A stretch of DNA of 64,000 bases from Nitrososphaerota archaeon (GCA_040290255.1 PSMU01000003.1:90437-154436), one strand, 5' to 3'. Shown: positions 7,417-17,367, counted from the first letter of the stretch. Numbers and translations are program-made. Notes: a model not told the origin generated them from the sequence alone.

Positions 7417-10053
7417 TTACGATGATGGCGCCAGCCCCAGCTTCCTCATGACGCTTTCGTGCAGGTACTGAAGGAGCTTCTTCCTGTCCTCCATCAGCAC
7501 CACGTCGGAATAGCCCAGCAGGATTATCTCATGAGTGAAGGGGGAGGGAACCTCCAAGGGGGGCGTGACGTAATACCGCCTCAGGGCCCACTCAATATCC
7601 CTGAGCACGAGCTTGGCATTCTCCACATCCATCACGTCCTCCATCACCTCCCTGAGCGTCTCCTCCAGCACGGGAAAGCCGGGCAGCTGCTCCGCCAGCT
7701 TGAGCAGGATCTGGCTGTTCACCTGTTGCTTGCCCAGGCTTATCTCGTAGCCCTTGTAGCTGCGGAGGATCATGAGGCTCCTGGTGGCGCAGTGCCTGAA
7801 GCGGCGCCTCACCATCTCCGTGTGCCTTATCGCCTCCCTCAGCAGCTCCCTGAGCCTGTCGGAGGTGACCTGCCTGAGGAGCCATTGGGGGCTTATGGCC
7901 GTGCCCGGCGGGAGCGTCAGCGCGAAGCCGGAATCGGTGACGCTCACGCCCACGTTCATTGAGTAAGCGCTGGCGAGCGCGTATGCATAGGCCCGCGAGA
8001 GGGCATCGTTAACCCTCCTGCCGAAGGTGCAGAGGAAGATGATGTTCTGCCTGCCCTTCTCATCCCTGTAGTCCTCCACCAGTATCGTGCGGTTATCGGG
8101 CCTGGCCGGTATGCCCAGCTGGCGCAGGTAGAGGTCCTCGGCCCTGAAGTAAGAGAGCACGGCCCGGGCGGCCCTCTCGGTGGCGTGGCACTCCTCCATG
8201 ATGAACCTTATCACCTCATGCTCTGGCCTGCCCTGCCTCAGCATCTCGAAGAGCTGCGCGCGAAAGGCGCCTATGGCCTCGCCCAGCTCAAAGCTCAGCG
8301 GCAACAGCTCGCTGAACCAAGAGGGGATCGTGGGCCTTTCCCCCTCGGCGGGGCTCACATAGGCCTTCATGCCCTTGGCATAGTGAAAGCGATAAGGCCT
8401 TCCGCCCAAGATGAAGACGTCGCCGGGCGTGAGCCTCTCCAAAAACTCCTCCTCCAGCGTGCCGACCGCCCTGCCCTTGAGCAGGTAGACCTTCACGTCG
8501 GCCTCATCGGGAATGGTGCCGACGTTGCTGGCATAGATGGCCCTCATCAGCGGGCCCCTTCTCCCGAAGGCATCGTCCGAGGGATCGTACCAGATCTTGC
8601 CGTAAACCTTGATGTCCTCGAGGCTCTTGAAGCCGCCCGCCAGGTACCTGATGACGCGCCGCAGCTCCTCCTCCTGCAGGTCATGATAGGGGTAGCTGCG
8701 CCTAATCACCCTGAGCGCCTCGCTCACCTTCCACCTTCTCTCCACGGCCATCCCGACGACGTGCTGGGCCAGCACGTCCAGCGGCTTCTTGGGGATGTGA
8801 GCCCTATCGAGCCTGTTCTTATACGCCTCCGCCGCCATCACGCAGTCCTCCACCAGGTCATCTCGCTCGAGCGCGATGAGCCTCCCCCTGGAGACCCTGT
8901 CTAAGGCATGGCCGGAGCGGCCCACCCTCTGCAGGCAGCGGGAGATGGACTTGGGCGACCCTATCTGAATCACGAGGTCGATGGTGCCGATGTCGATCCC
9001 CAGCTCCAGGCTGGTGGAGGTGACCACCACCTTCATCTCGCCCGACTTGAGCCTGTCCTCCACCTCCTTCCTGAGCTCACGAGAAAGGGAGCTGTGATGG
9101 GCGGCCAGCCTGTCCGCATCGACGGCCCCCAGCTTCCTCAGGTGATAGACCACCCTCTCCGTGCCAGATCTGGTGTTGGTGAAGATGAGCGTGGTCCTAT
9201 GCCCCTCTATCAGCTTGGAGATGAGGGAGTAGAGGGCCTGAGAGGTTTCCTCGCTGCCGGAGTAGATCAGGTCATCGACGGGGCAGTCCACGAGCAGGTC
9301 CAGGGGCTTTACGAAGCGCGCATCCACCAAATAGCAGCCCCTGCCCCTGCCCTCATCATCATACCCGACCAGGAAGCGGGCCACTTCATCCAAGGGATGT
9401 ATCGTGGCCGAAAGGCCTATCCTGCAGAAGTCGCCCCCCGTCAGCTCCCTGAGCCTCTCGAGGCTGAGCGAGAGGTGCGTGCCCCTCTTGGAGCCGCAGA
9501 GCTCATGAATCTCGTCCACGACCACCCAGCGCACGCCTCGCAGCAGCTCCCTGAACTTCCTGGCCACGAGCACGATGGCCAGCGTTTCGGGCGTGGTGAT
9601 GAGCAGGTGAGGGGGCTTCCTGAGCATCCTGCTCCTCTCGCTGCTGGGCGTGTCGCCCGTCCTCACCGCCAGCCTTATGTCGGGCAGCTCGGCACCCCTC
9701 TCCTTCGCGAGGGCGGTGATTCCGTTCAGCGGTTCCAAGAGGTTCTTGTAGATGTCGTTGTTCAGCGCCCTTAGGGGGCTCACGTAGACGCAATAGACCT
9801 GATCCTCGAGCTTTCCCTCCCTGCCCAGCCGGATGAGCTCATTCAGTATGCTAAGGAAGGCGGCCAGCGTCTTTCCGCTGCCCGTGGGGGCCGCGATGAG
9901 CGTATTCTTGCCCTCGTGTATGTTCGGTATCGCATAGCGCTGCGGAGGCGTGAGGTCCTGAAAGCGCCTTGAGAACCACTCGGCCACGACGGGGTCAAGC
10001 AAGGTGAGCACCTCCTCCTTGGAGTACGGCCTCTCCAGCAGGAGGATACTCAC
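7417..10053 (-). CDS. lhr: ATP-dependent Lhr helicase (Lhr-core)
   Basis: APTGSGKT, YVSPLRAL, RTGDT, DEIH, GLSAT, SLELGIDIG, QRVGRSGH. Start moved to GTG 10053, ~25 nt downstream of a TATA-like box. Confidence 0.93.
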   Translation of the reverse strand: MSILLLERPYSKEEVLTLLDPVVAEWFSRRFQDLTPPQRYAIPNIHEGKNTLIAAPTGSGKTLAAFLSILNELIRLGREGKLEDQVYCVYVSPLRALNNDIYKNLLEPLNGITALAKERGAELPDIRLAVRTGDTPSSERSRMLRKPPHLLITTPETLAIVLVARKFRELLRGVRWVVVDEIHELCGSKRGTHLSLSLERLRELTGGDFCRIGLSATIHPLDEVARFLVGYDDEGRGRGCYLVDARFVKPLDLLVDCPVDDLIYSGSEETSQALYSLISKLIEGHRTTLIFTNTRSGTERVVYHLRKLGAVDADRLAAHHSSLSRELRKEVEDRLKSGEMKVVVTSTSLELGIDIGTIDLVIQIGSPKSISRCLQRVGRSGHALDRVSRGRLIALERDDLVEDCVMAAEAYKNRLDRAHIPKKPLDVLAQHVVGMAVERRWKVSEALRVIRRSYPYHDLQEEELRRVIRYLAGGFKSLEDIKVYGKIWYDPSDDAFGRRGPLMRAIYASNVGTIPDEADVKVYLLKGRAVGTLEEEFLERLTPGDVFILGGRPYRFHYAKGMKAYVSPAEGERPTIPSWFSELLPLSFELGEAIGAFRAQLFEMLRQGRPEHEVIRFIMEECHATERAARAVLSYFRAEDLYLRQLGIPARPDNRTILVEDYRDEKGRQNIIFLCTFGRRVNDALSRAYAYALASAYSMNVGVSVTDSGFALTLPPGTAISPQWLLRQVTSDRLRELLREAIRHTEMVRRRFRHCATRSLMILRSYKGYEISLGKQQVNSQILLKLAEQLPGFPVLEETLREVMEDVMDVENAKLVLRDIEWALRRYYVTPPLEVPSPFTHEIILLGYSDVVLMEDRKKLLQYLHESVMRKLGLAPSS

Positions 10054-10106
10054 AGGGGGGCCGCGCGAAGGAGAGGCGTAAAAGGGTTGCGCACGGTCAG
10101 GCATTT

Positions 10107-11018
10107 ATGCGAAGGCAAGGAGGGGAGGTGGGCTTGAAGATGGGCGTGTGCATACCGCACTTCGGCAGCAACCTTTCAAACAGGCATGTGTTCGGCGTGG
10201 CCAAGCGGGCCGAGGAGCTTGGGTACGACTCTATCTGGGTCACGGACCACATCGCGGTCAATGAGGCCAACAGGTATCCCTATGGACGCATATATGAGGC
10301 GCTGACCACGCTCTCCGCCATCACGGCCATAACGTCGAGGATCCTGCTGGGCACCTCGATCATCGTCCTGCCGATGAGAAACCCCCTCATCGTGGCGAAG
10401 GAGCTGGCCACGATAGACAACCTCAGCGAAGGGCGGCTCATCGCCGGCCTTGCGGCGGGCTGGTGCGAGCCCGAGTTCAGGAACTTGGGGGCTCAATTTG
10501 CCAACAGGGGGCGCCGGCTCGCCGAGGCGGTGCGCCTTTTAAGGGCCCTCTGGAGCAGCGAGAGGCCCAAGTTCGAGGGAAACTTCTACTCGCTTCACGA
10601 TGCGGTCTTTGAGCCCCTGCCACGACAAAGAGGTGGTCCTCCCATCTGGCTGGGCGGCAACTCCCTGGCCGCGTACAGGAGGGCCTTAAAGCTCGCGGAC
10701 GGCTGGCATCCCACCGGCCTCGCTCCGGAGGAGCTCGAGGGCCGCATCGCGCAAGCCACTGAAAGGGTGCACGAGGGGTTCACGTTCTCGGCGCGGCTTA
10801 CCGTCGACCTAGGGGCCCCGGGCAAGAAGGTATCAAGGGCGCCCTCCGGGGAAAAGAGGGTCATACTCGGAGGCCCTCCCTCGAGCGTTGCCGAGGACCT
10901 CGCCGCCTATAAGCGGGCCGGACTAAAGCACTTAGCGCTCTACTTCGGCGACGTTCCATACGAAGAGTATGTGAGGAGGGTGCAGGCCTTCGCGGCGGAG
11001 GTTCGCCCTTCGCTCTGA
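10107..11018 (+). CDS. LLM-class (probably F420-dependent) oxidoreductase
   Basis: AEELGYDSIWVTDH, LPMRNP..VAKELATID.LSEGR, PPIWLGG, ADGWHP; real start may be ~10128-10140. Confidence 0.9.
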   Translation: MRRQGGEVGLKMGVCIPHFGSNLSNRHVFGVAKRAEELGYDSIWVTDHIAVNEANRYPYGRIYEALTTLSAITAITSRILLGTSIIVLPMRNPLIVAKELATIDNLSEGRLIAGLAAGWCEPEFRNLGAQFANRGRRLAEAVRLLRALWSSERPKFEGNFYSLHDAVFEPLPRQRGGPPIWLGGNSLAAYRRALKLADGWHPTGLAPEELEGRIAQATERVHEGFTFSARLTVDLGAPGKKVSRAPSGEKRVILGGPPSSVAEDLAAYKRAGLKHLALYFGDVPYEEYVRRVQAFAAEVRPSL

Positions 11019-11075
11019 CCGCTTCCTCAACGCTGCGCGGGCCATAAGCCCAAGCGGGAGGCGGGCTAGAGCGCG

Positions 11076-12224
11076 CTAGCCGCTTTTCGCGATGGCCCAG
11101 GCGGGGTGAATCTCCGTCCACCAGCCGTGATCCGTATCCAGCACGAGGGCGCCTATCACCACAACGCGGTCACCGGGCTTAAGGTCTAGGTGGGCCAGCA
11201 GGCCGGGCTGGTCCTTGGGCACGACCTCCACATGGATCGTCCCGCCGCGAAGGAGAAGGCTGCCCAACGTAAGCACATCCGCAAGCCCTTGCTCGGGAAC
11301 TATATCGATGATAAAGTCGCCGTCCGTGGAGGGCCCCTGATTTGATATGATGCCCACGACCCTGCCGGCCGCCACATAGCACGTTGAGAGCACCCTCAGC
11401 CTTTGGGGGTCGTAAACGCCCTCGGAAACGTCGCCTCCACGGCAGATCGCCAGCAGGCTGCGCTGCTGCCATTGTGCGCCCTGAAGCGAATCGAGGAAGA
11501 AGGGGTAATGCGCGGCCCGCATCGCCATAGCGTAGGCCTGGCCGGATGCCAGGAGGGCTGGTGGCATGAGGGCTAGGCCGAGCACGAGGAGCGCCAGGGC
11601 GGGCTTTGTCCTGAAGCCCTTTATCAGCAGGGCCGACGAAGATGCGAGCAGCGCCAGGCCCAGGAATAAAGCAGCGGGAAGCAGGTAGGTGGACGCGGAG
11701 AGGAAGGTAAGGTAGAGGCCTAGGGCCAGCAGCGATAGGCCCACGGCCTTGGCGCTGAGGCGCGGCGCCCGCACGCTCACGTACCTGTGGGCCAGGTAGG
11801 CCGGGTACAGGTAAAGCACGTCCATAAAGGCGAAGGCGGCGGAGAGGCCGCCCTCCCCATAATAGAGCACGGCCAACAGCGAGGCCAAGAAGGCGCCCAG
11901 GAGCGAAGCCAGCGAGCCCGCGCCCAGCACGCCCAGCCTTGCCCTGAGCCTCGCAAATGCGAAGGCCTGCAGGGCCCTGACCGGCACGGAGGCCACGGCC
12001 ACGAGGAGGAAGATCGAGCGCGTGGCATACAGCACATAGGCCGCCAGGCCTTGGCCCGCCGCGACGGAAAGCGCCGCTGCGGAAGGGCCCAGCAGGAGGC
12101 CAGAGAGGAACAGCCCAAAGGCGCCCAGGCCGTAGCCCGCGAGCGGATAAGGGGTGTTACCCATCGTGGTGGCGCAGCCGAAGACGAGCAGCGTGAGAGC
12201 CAGCGCCCGCGCCCAGGCCTTCAC
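11076..12224 (-). CDS. Multi-pass membrane protein with C-terminal OB-fold-like domain
   Basis: About 8 TM helices followed by GVYDPQRL..DGDF..IHVEVVP..V.G..VLDTDHGWWTEIHP. Confidence 0.7.
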   Translation of the reverse strand: MKAWARALALTLLVFGCATTMGNTPYPLAGYGLGAFGLFLSGLLLGPSAAALSVAAGQGLAAYVLYATRSIFLLVAVASVPVRALQAFAFARLRARLGVLGAGSLASLLGAFLASLLAVLYYGEGGLSAAFAFMDVLYLYPAYLAHRYVSVRAPRLSAKAVGLSLLALGLYLTFLSASTYLLPAALFLGLALLASSSALLIKGFRTKPALALLVLGLALMPPALLASGQAYAMAMRAAHYPFFLDSLQGAQWQQRSLLAICRGGDVSEGVYDPQRLRVLSTCYVAAGRVVGIISNQGPSTDGDFIIDIVPEQGLADVLTLGSLLLRGGTIHVEVVPKDQPGLLAHLDLKPGDRVVVIGALVLDTDHGWWTEIHPAWAIAKSG

Positions 12225-12248
12225 GGGCTGCTCATGAAAAGCGCCTAT

Positions 12249-12872
12249 TTAGAGCTTGGCGAGCACCCAGCCCCTTGCCTTGGCCATAAGGGCCTCGAGC
12301 GGGCCCAGGTCGAGCGAGCGCAGGAGCCGGTTAAAGGCCAGGCCGTTCAACAGGCCCACGAGCACGTCCAGGGGATAGTGTGCGCCCAGGTAGATGCGGC
12401 TGAAGGAGACCAGGCCCAGGAGCAAGAGGAGGTAAAGACGGGCGCGGTGGCGCAGGCGGGGCATGAGCGCGGCATAAGCCGTGCGCTGGGCATGGCCGGA
12501 GGGAAGGCTGAAGTCCGACTCAAACTGCAGCGCGCGCAGGTCCTGGATGGCGAGCTGGGGCCTCGGCCGGGCCGCGACGAGCTTAGAGATGAGCGCGAAG
12601 GGCTCCTCGAGCATGAGCCCCAGCGCCAAGTAGGCGGCCGCGCGGAGCTCGCCCGCGAGCCAGAGATAGGCCGTGGCCGCCGCCCAGAAGGGAAGGCTGC
12701 CCAACTGCGTGATCAGCAGGAAGGCGTAGTCCAGCGCGGCGTTGCCCCGTGAGTTCAGCTGCACCAGCAGCCATGCATCGTAGGGCGCGAGCCTGGGCCA
12801 AAGGGAGCCGAGGAAAGATGAGAGCATGAAGAGGGCGAGTGAATACGCCAGCGGACGCCTGGCCAGCTTCAA
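12249..12872 (-). CDS. PAP2-family lipid phosphatase
   Basis: KLVAARPRP, SLPSGH, SRIYLGAHYPLD. Confidence 0.93.
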   Translation of the reverse strand: MKLARRPLAYSLALFMLSSFLGSLWPRLAPYDAWLLVQLNSRGNAALDYAFLLITQLGSLPFWAAATAYLWLAGELRAAAYLALGLMLEEPFALISKLVAARPRPQLAIQDLRALQFESDFSLPSGHAQRTAYAALMPRLRHRARLYLLLLLGLVSFSRIYLGAHYPLDVLVGLLNGLAFNRLLRSLDLGPLEALMAKARGWVLAKL

Positions 12873-12883
12873 GCGCAGGACCC

Positions 12884-14011
12884 CTATAGCACGAGCAGCT
12901 CCTTGGTCGCGGTAGTGAGCACCTCCCTCCCGCCCCGCTTGGCCACGGCCACATCTTCTATCCTCACGCCCCCCAGGCCCGGCACGTAAACGCCGGGTTC
13001 CACCGTGAAGACCATGCCTTCCTCTATCGTCAGCTGCTCCGAGGAATGAAGCCTGCCGCCGTCATGCACGGCCAGCCCGAGGCCGTGCCCGGTGGAGTGA
13101 ACGAACCGGCCCTTGAACTCCGTGGAGTCTATGTAAGAGGCTACCCTCCGGTGCACCTCGGCCGAGGTGGAGCCCGCCTCCAGCGCTTCGAGCCCGAGCC
13201 GGTTGGCCTCCAGCACCACCTCGTACATCCTCCTCAGCTCCTTCCCGGGCGGTCCAAAGAAGAAGGTCCTGGTGATGTCCGAGTTGTAGCGGCTAAACTT
13301 GGCGCCGTAGTCGACCAGCACCACATCCCCTCTTTTCAGCGGGCTGGCGCCGCTCACGTGATGTGGCAGCGCGCTGTTGGGCCCAAAGCCCACGATGGGC
13401 TCAAAGGCGGGGGCCGAAGCGCCCAGCCTCTGCATGCGGTAGCATAGCTCCGCGGCCAGCTCGTACTCCCTTATCCCCTCGCTCACGGCTTCTAGGACCG
13501 CTGAGTAGGCCCTGCTGGCGATCTCGCAGGCCTTCCTGATCGCCTCCAGCTCGTGCGCGTCCTTGACCATCCTGGCCCTCTGCAGGGCCTTCGAAATGTC
13601 CACGAAGCTGGCCCCCTGAAGCAACCCCTCGAGCTGCTTAAAGCCCTCATAGGTGAGCTCGGCCCCGTTGACGCCTATTCTAAGGCCCTCCGTGCTGCCC
13701 AGCTCAGCCCTCAGCAGTCCCCTCAGCTCCTCCTTTTCCCTAAAGGGCACGACCCTGTATCCATCGGCCCCCCTCTTGGCCAGCTCCTCCTCCAGCGGCG
13801 AGGTAAAGAGCACGGCCGACCCATCCGCCCTGGCCAGAAAGAGGCAGCCCTCGAAGAGGCCCTCCTCGAGCGCCGTCAGGTAGAAGAAGGAAAGGTCCAG
13901 GTGGGGCTCCGTTCCGTTGAGGAGCAGGAGCGCATCGGGCCGCGGGAGGCCCTGCTCCTCGATGCGTCGATAAACCCTGGCGATCCTTTCAGGGGTAAGG
14001 CCTGCGGGCAT
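12884..14011 (-). CDS. pepQ: Xaa-Pro aminopeptidase/prolidase (M24)
   Basis: RMVKD, SALPH, VDYG...SDITRT, HSTGHGLGLAVHD, TVEPG, GVRIED. True start is ATG 14011; the ORF-track extension overlaps the divergent gene. Confidence 0.9.
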   Translation of the reverse strand: MPAGLTPERIARVYRRIEEQGLPRPDALLLLNGTEPHLDLSFFYLTALEEGLFEGCLFLARADGSAVLFTSPLEEELAKRGADGYRVVPFREKEELRGLLRAELGSTEGLRIGVNGAELTYEGFKQLEGLLQGASFVDISKALQRARMVKDAHELEAIRKACEIASRAYSAVLEAVSEGIREYELAAELCYRMQRLGASAPAFEPIVGFGPNSALPHHVSGASPLKRGDVVLVDYGAKFSRYNSDITRTFFFGPPGKELRRMYEVVLEANRLGLEALEAGSTSAEVHRRVASYIDSTEFKGRFVHSTGHGLGLAVHDGGRLHSSEQLTIEEGMVFTVEPGVYVPGLGGVRIEDVAVAKRGGREVLTTATKELLVL

Positions 14012-14080
14012 GCGGGCAGCGCCCCAGCCTGGTATTAAGGCTGTCGATAGCTTTAAATCGCGAGGCCAGCGCCGAAAGGC

Positions 14081-14407
14081 ATGGCCTCCAGGCCCTCGCT
14101 CGTGGCGGAGCTCTCCTGCACGCCCGTGGGCACGGGGAGCACGAGCACATCGGAGCTGGTGGCCGCCGCCGTCAAGGCCATCAGGAACACGAAGGGCGTC
14201 AAGTGCATGGTGACGCCGACGGCCACGGTGATAGAGGCCGAGGGCTTTGAGGCGCTCTTCGAGGCCATAAGGGCCGCGCACGAAGCGATGGCCGGCGCGG
14301 GCGCAAGGCGCGTCATATCCCACATAAAGATCGATGATAGGAGGGATAAGAGAAGAAGCGCCCAGGACATGGTGGCCGCCGTACAGAGGCATCTGGGTGA
14401 GCCCTAG
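14081..14407 (+). CDS. MTH1187/thiamine-binding family protein
   Basis: AELSCTPVGTGSTSTS..V, TPTATVIE, RV...IKIDDRRDK. Confidence 0.9.
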   Translation: MASRPSLVAELSCTPVGTGSTSTSELVAAAVKAIRNTKGVKCMVTPTATVIEAEGFEALFEAIRAAHEAMAGAGARRVISHIKIDDRRDKRRSAQDMVAAVQRHLGEP

Positions 14408-14415
14408 GGGTAGGC

Positions 14416-15042
14416 ATGGTGTTATCTCCGCTCATAAAAAGCCTAGGCTATGCCGGCATCTTCGGCTCCAGCTTCCTCGTCAGCCTCATCCCCTTCGTGC
14501 CGGTCCCCTACCTCCTGACGCTGACGTTCGCCGTGGACACGCTGGGCCTTAACCCGCTGCTCTCGGCCCTGCTGTACTCCCTGGGCTCATCGCTGGGAAA
14601 GCTGGCCATCTTCTCCGCGGGGAGGGGAGGGAGGGCTCTCCTGGGGGCGGAGGCCAAGTCCAGGCTGGAGCCCCTAGCTGGGCTGCTGAACAGGCATGCC
14701 TGGCTTCCCCTCATGGCGGAGGCGCTGCTGCCCCTCCCCGATGATACATACCTGCTGCCGCTGGGCCTGGCGAAGTTCAGCTTTGGCCGCTATCTGATCG
14801 CGATCCCGGCGGGCAAGTTCCTTCGCGCGCTCGTGGCCTTTGCGGCCTTCAGCCTGCTGCTGCGCCCCCTGCAGCACAGGTTTGGGGGCCTTGGGCTCGA
14901 GCTCGTGCTCGGCGCCACGTATGCGCTGCTCACCTTTGCCGCCATGCTCGTGATGGCCAAGGTGGACTGGAGAAGACTGCTTCAGGCCGGCAATAGGATA
15001 AATAAAGGGCATGAAGGCCTAGGGCGTGAGGCTAAGGCGTGA
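14416..15042 (+). CDS. VTT/DedA (SNARE-associated) membrane protein
   Basis: SLIPFVPVPY, GSSLGK...GRGG, PLPDD...LGL, GKFLR. Confidence 0.82.
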   Translation: MVLSPLIKSLGYAGIFGSSFLVSLIPFVPVPYLLTLTFAVDTLGLNPLLSALLYSLGSSLGKLAIFSAGRGGRALLGAEAKSRLEPLAGLLNRHAWLPLMAEALLPLPDDTYLLPLGLAKFSFGRYLIAIPAGKFLRALVAFAAFSLLLRPLQHRFGGLGLELVLGATYALLTFAAMLVMAKVDWRRLLQAGNRINKGHEGLGREAKA

Positions 15043-15625
15043 GGCCGCAGATGAAGCGGCCTTCTGGCTTTATCTGGCCGCGGTGGCGCTGAACGCCGCG
15101 CAGGTTGCCCTTGGGCTGGCGCGCCCCGGCGGGCTTTCGCCCCTGCAGGCGCTGGTCATAGCGGGCAGGAGCCCCCTCATCTTCCTGGCCACGCTGCTGC
15201 TGGCCTGCACGGCCGTGCTCTTGGAGGTATTACCTCATCCTGTCGAGGAGAGGCGCGCCAAGGCGTTGGGGGCCGCTAGAAACCTGCTGCTGCTATCCGT
15301 GTTCGTGCTGGCGCCCTGGGCCCTGGCCTTTGCGGCCAGCGGCCGGAGCTTGGGCGCGTTTTTGGGCTGGTTCCTGGACGCCAGGTATGCGATCCTGACC
15401 CCTCTATTCATAGCGCTGCTCGCCTTGCTCGTGCTGATGCCCAGCCCGCGCAGGTACCTGAGGAGCCCCCTGGCGCCGCTCGTCCTCCTGCTGCTTCTTC
15501 CCGTGGCCCCCTATGTAATGGCCAGGTTCAGCCCCTCGGATCTCGCCGGGCCGACCGCGCTGGCGGGCGCGCTGCTCATGCTGGTGCTGCTGTACGTCGG
15601 CTATTCGCTGGCAAGGCGAGCCTAG
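15026..15625 (+). CDS. Hypothetical membrane protein
   Basis: About 6 TM segments; lies in an operon-like run with trmI. Confidence 0.65.
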   Translation: MRLRREAADEAAFWLYLAAVALNAAQVALGLARPGGLSPLQALVIAGRSPLIFLATLLLACTAVLLEVLPHPVEERRAKALGAARNLLLLSVFVLAPWALAFAASGRSLGAFLGWFLDARYAILTPLFIALLALLVLMPSPRRYLRSPLAPLVLLLLLPVAPYVMARFSPSDLAGPTALAGALLMLVLLYVGYSLARRA

Positions 15626-15627
15626 CG

Positions 15628-16416
15628 ATGCAGGAGCTGGTAGGGCCCGGGGAGCCGCTGCTGCTCTATCACGCGGGCAAGGCCTGGCTCATCAGGGTGA
15701 GGCCGGGCGGAGAGCTGCACACGCACCTGGGCGTGGTGAGGCATGAGGAGCTGCTCGGCAGGCGCTATGGAGAGGCGGTGAGGACCTCCAAGGGAAGGGA
15801 GCTTTACCTGATCAGGCCCACCATCAGGGACCTCGCGCTCAAGTTCAGGAGGGTCACGCAGGTCCTTTATCCCAAGGAGTGGGGGTTCATCGCATCATAC
15901 CTGGGCATCGCCGCGGGCAGCAGGATCCTGGAGGTGGGCACCGGCAGCGGCGTGTTCTCTGCCTATCTGGCCCATCTGGTAAAGCCCACGGGGCGCGTCA
16001 TCAGCTATGAGAGGAGGAAGGAGTTCTACGAGGTGGCCCTCAGGAACCTGCAGGAGGTGGGCCTGCTTGAGTACGTAGATCTGAGGAACGAGGACCCCGG
16101 CCGGGGGCTTGGCGAGACGGGCCTGGACGGCGCCGTGGTGGATGTGGGCGATCCCTGGCTTCTGCTCGACGTCCTGCCCCCGGCGCTGAAGCCCACGGCT
16201 CCCTTGGCCTTCTGCGTGCCCACCTTCAACCAGGTGGAGAGGCTGGTGATGGAGCTCAGGAGGAAGGGCTACTTGACCATCGAGGCGCACGAGCTGCTGG
16301 ATAGGAGGCTGGAGGTAAAGGAGGGGGCCACGCGGCCCGCCTCGAGGATGGTGGGCCACACCACGTTCGTGGTGTTCTGCAGGAGCCCCGCCCCTAGCCC
16401 CAATAGAGCTGCGTGA
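15628..16416 (+). CDS. trmI: tRNA (adenine57/58-N1)-methyltransferase
   Basis: HTHLG, RVTQVLYPKE, LEVGTGSG, DVGDPW, PTFNQV, RP..RMVGHT. Confidence 0.95.
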   Translation: MQELVGPGEPLLLYHAGKAWLIRVRPGGELHTHLGVVRHEELLGRRYGEAVRTSKGRELYLIRPTIRDLALKFRRVTQVLYPKEWGFIASYLGIAAGSRILEVGTGSGVFSAYLAHLVKPTGRVISYERRKEFYEVALRNLQEVGLLEYVDLRNEDPGRGLGETGLDGAVVDVGDPWLLLDVLPPALKPTAPLAFCVPTFNQVERLVMELRRKGYLTIEAHELLDRRLEVKEGATRPASRMVGHTTFVVFCRSPAPSPNRAA

Positions 16417-17047
16417 GCTGCCGCCTGGCCTCCGCCCTGAAGTAGGCCCCTAGCAGCAGCCCCAGCGCGAAGCCGCCTAAGTGGGCCGTGTAGGCTATGG
16501 GGCTGAAGGGAAGCGCCAGCGCCTCCAGCGTCTGCAATAGGGCCATCAGCAGTATGATTACGTAGGCCGGCGCCACCAGCGGCAGGAAGAAGATGAAGAG
16601 GGCCAGCGGCCTCCTGGGAAAGAAGAGCATGAAGGCCGCCATCACGCCGAAGATGGCGCCCGAGGCCCCAATGGCGGGAACTAGGACGGCGAACGGGAGC
16701 GGGGAAAGGTAGTAGCTGTAGAGGCAATAGCTGAGCCCCGCCGCGAGGCCGGCGAGGAGGTACAGCAGGAGAAAGCGGGCGCGCCCGAGGACCAGCTCTA
16801 TATCCCTGCCGAAGATGTACAGGGCCCACATGTTGAAGAAGATGTGCAGAAGGTCCGCGTGGAGGAACATCGATGTGAAGAGCGTATACAGGGCCCTGCC
16901 CTCTACGATGCGCGCGGGCACGAGCCCGAACCTGTCGATGATAACGCCCTCGCCCGCCGAGACCTCCAGGATAAAGCCCGCGAGGTTCAGCGCAAGGAGC
17001 GCGTAGGTTACGAGCGGCGAGCGCGCCCTCGCGACATAGAGCTCCAC
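16394..17047 (-). CDS. Rhomboid intramembrane serine protease
   Basis: SMFLHADLLHIFFNM, GASGAIFG, AHLGG. Confidence 0.95.
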   Translation of the reverse strand: MELYVARARSPLVTYALLALNLAGFILEVSAGEGVIIDRFGLVPARIVEGRALYTLFTSMFLHADLLHIFFNMWALYIFGRDIELVLGRARFLLLYLLAGLAAGLSYCLYSYYLSPLPFAVLVPAIGASGAIFGVMAAFMLFFPRRPLALFIFFLPLVAPAYVIILLMALLQTLEALALPFSPIAYTAHLGGFALGLLLGAYFRAEARRQLTQLYWG

Positions 17048-17114
17048 CCCTCCGCCTGCCGCCGGGCAACTTAATAAGCAGGGCGAGGGCTTAATTTCGA
17101 GGACGAGGCTGTTT

Positions 17115-17336
17115 TTGCCATCGGACTCGCAACGTTATATATTGGCGGGGCGAACGCGCCGCGTGTGTCGGTACTGCTCCGTGCCTACATGTCCCTGCGG
17201 AGAGTGCGAGCCGCTTAAGGTCGAAGGCTCCCTGAGCAAAAGGGCTGCGGAGGGGGGCGGGCTCTACACGAGCCATATAGAGGGAAGATGCGAGGCCTGC
17301 AACCACAAGTATTGGATGATGGTGGCGAACTTCTGA
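17115..17336 (+). CDS. Small Cys-rich putative zinc-finger protein
   Basis: CRYC, CPCGEC, CEACNH in 73 aa; TTAATT box ~20 nt upstream of the TTG. Confidence 0.6.
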   Translation: MPSDSQRYILAGRTRRVCRYCSVPTCPCGECEPLKVEGSLSKRAAEGGGLYTSHIEGRCEACNHKYWMMVANF

Positions 17337-17367
17337 GGCAGGGCGAATTTATTTAAGAGGTGGGAGG

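Noticed and set aside
14012-14392. N-terminal extension of the prolidase ORF
   Set aside because: It overlaps the divergent MTH1187 gene; the real start is ATG 14011, behind a TATA box.
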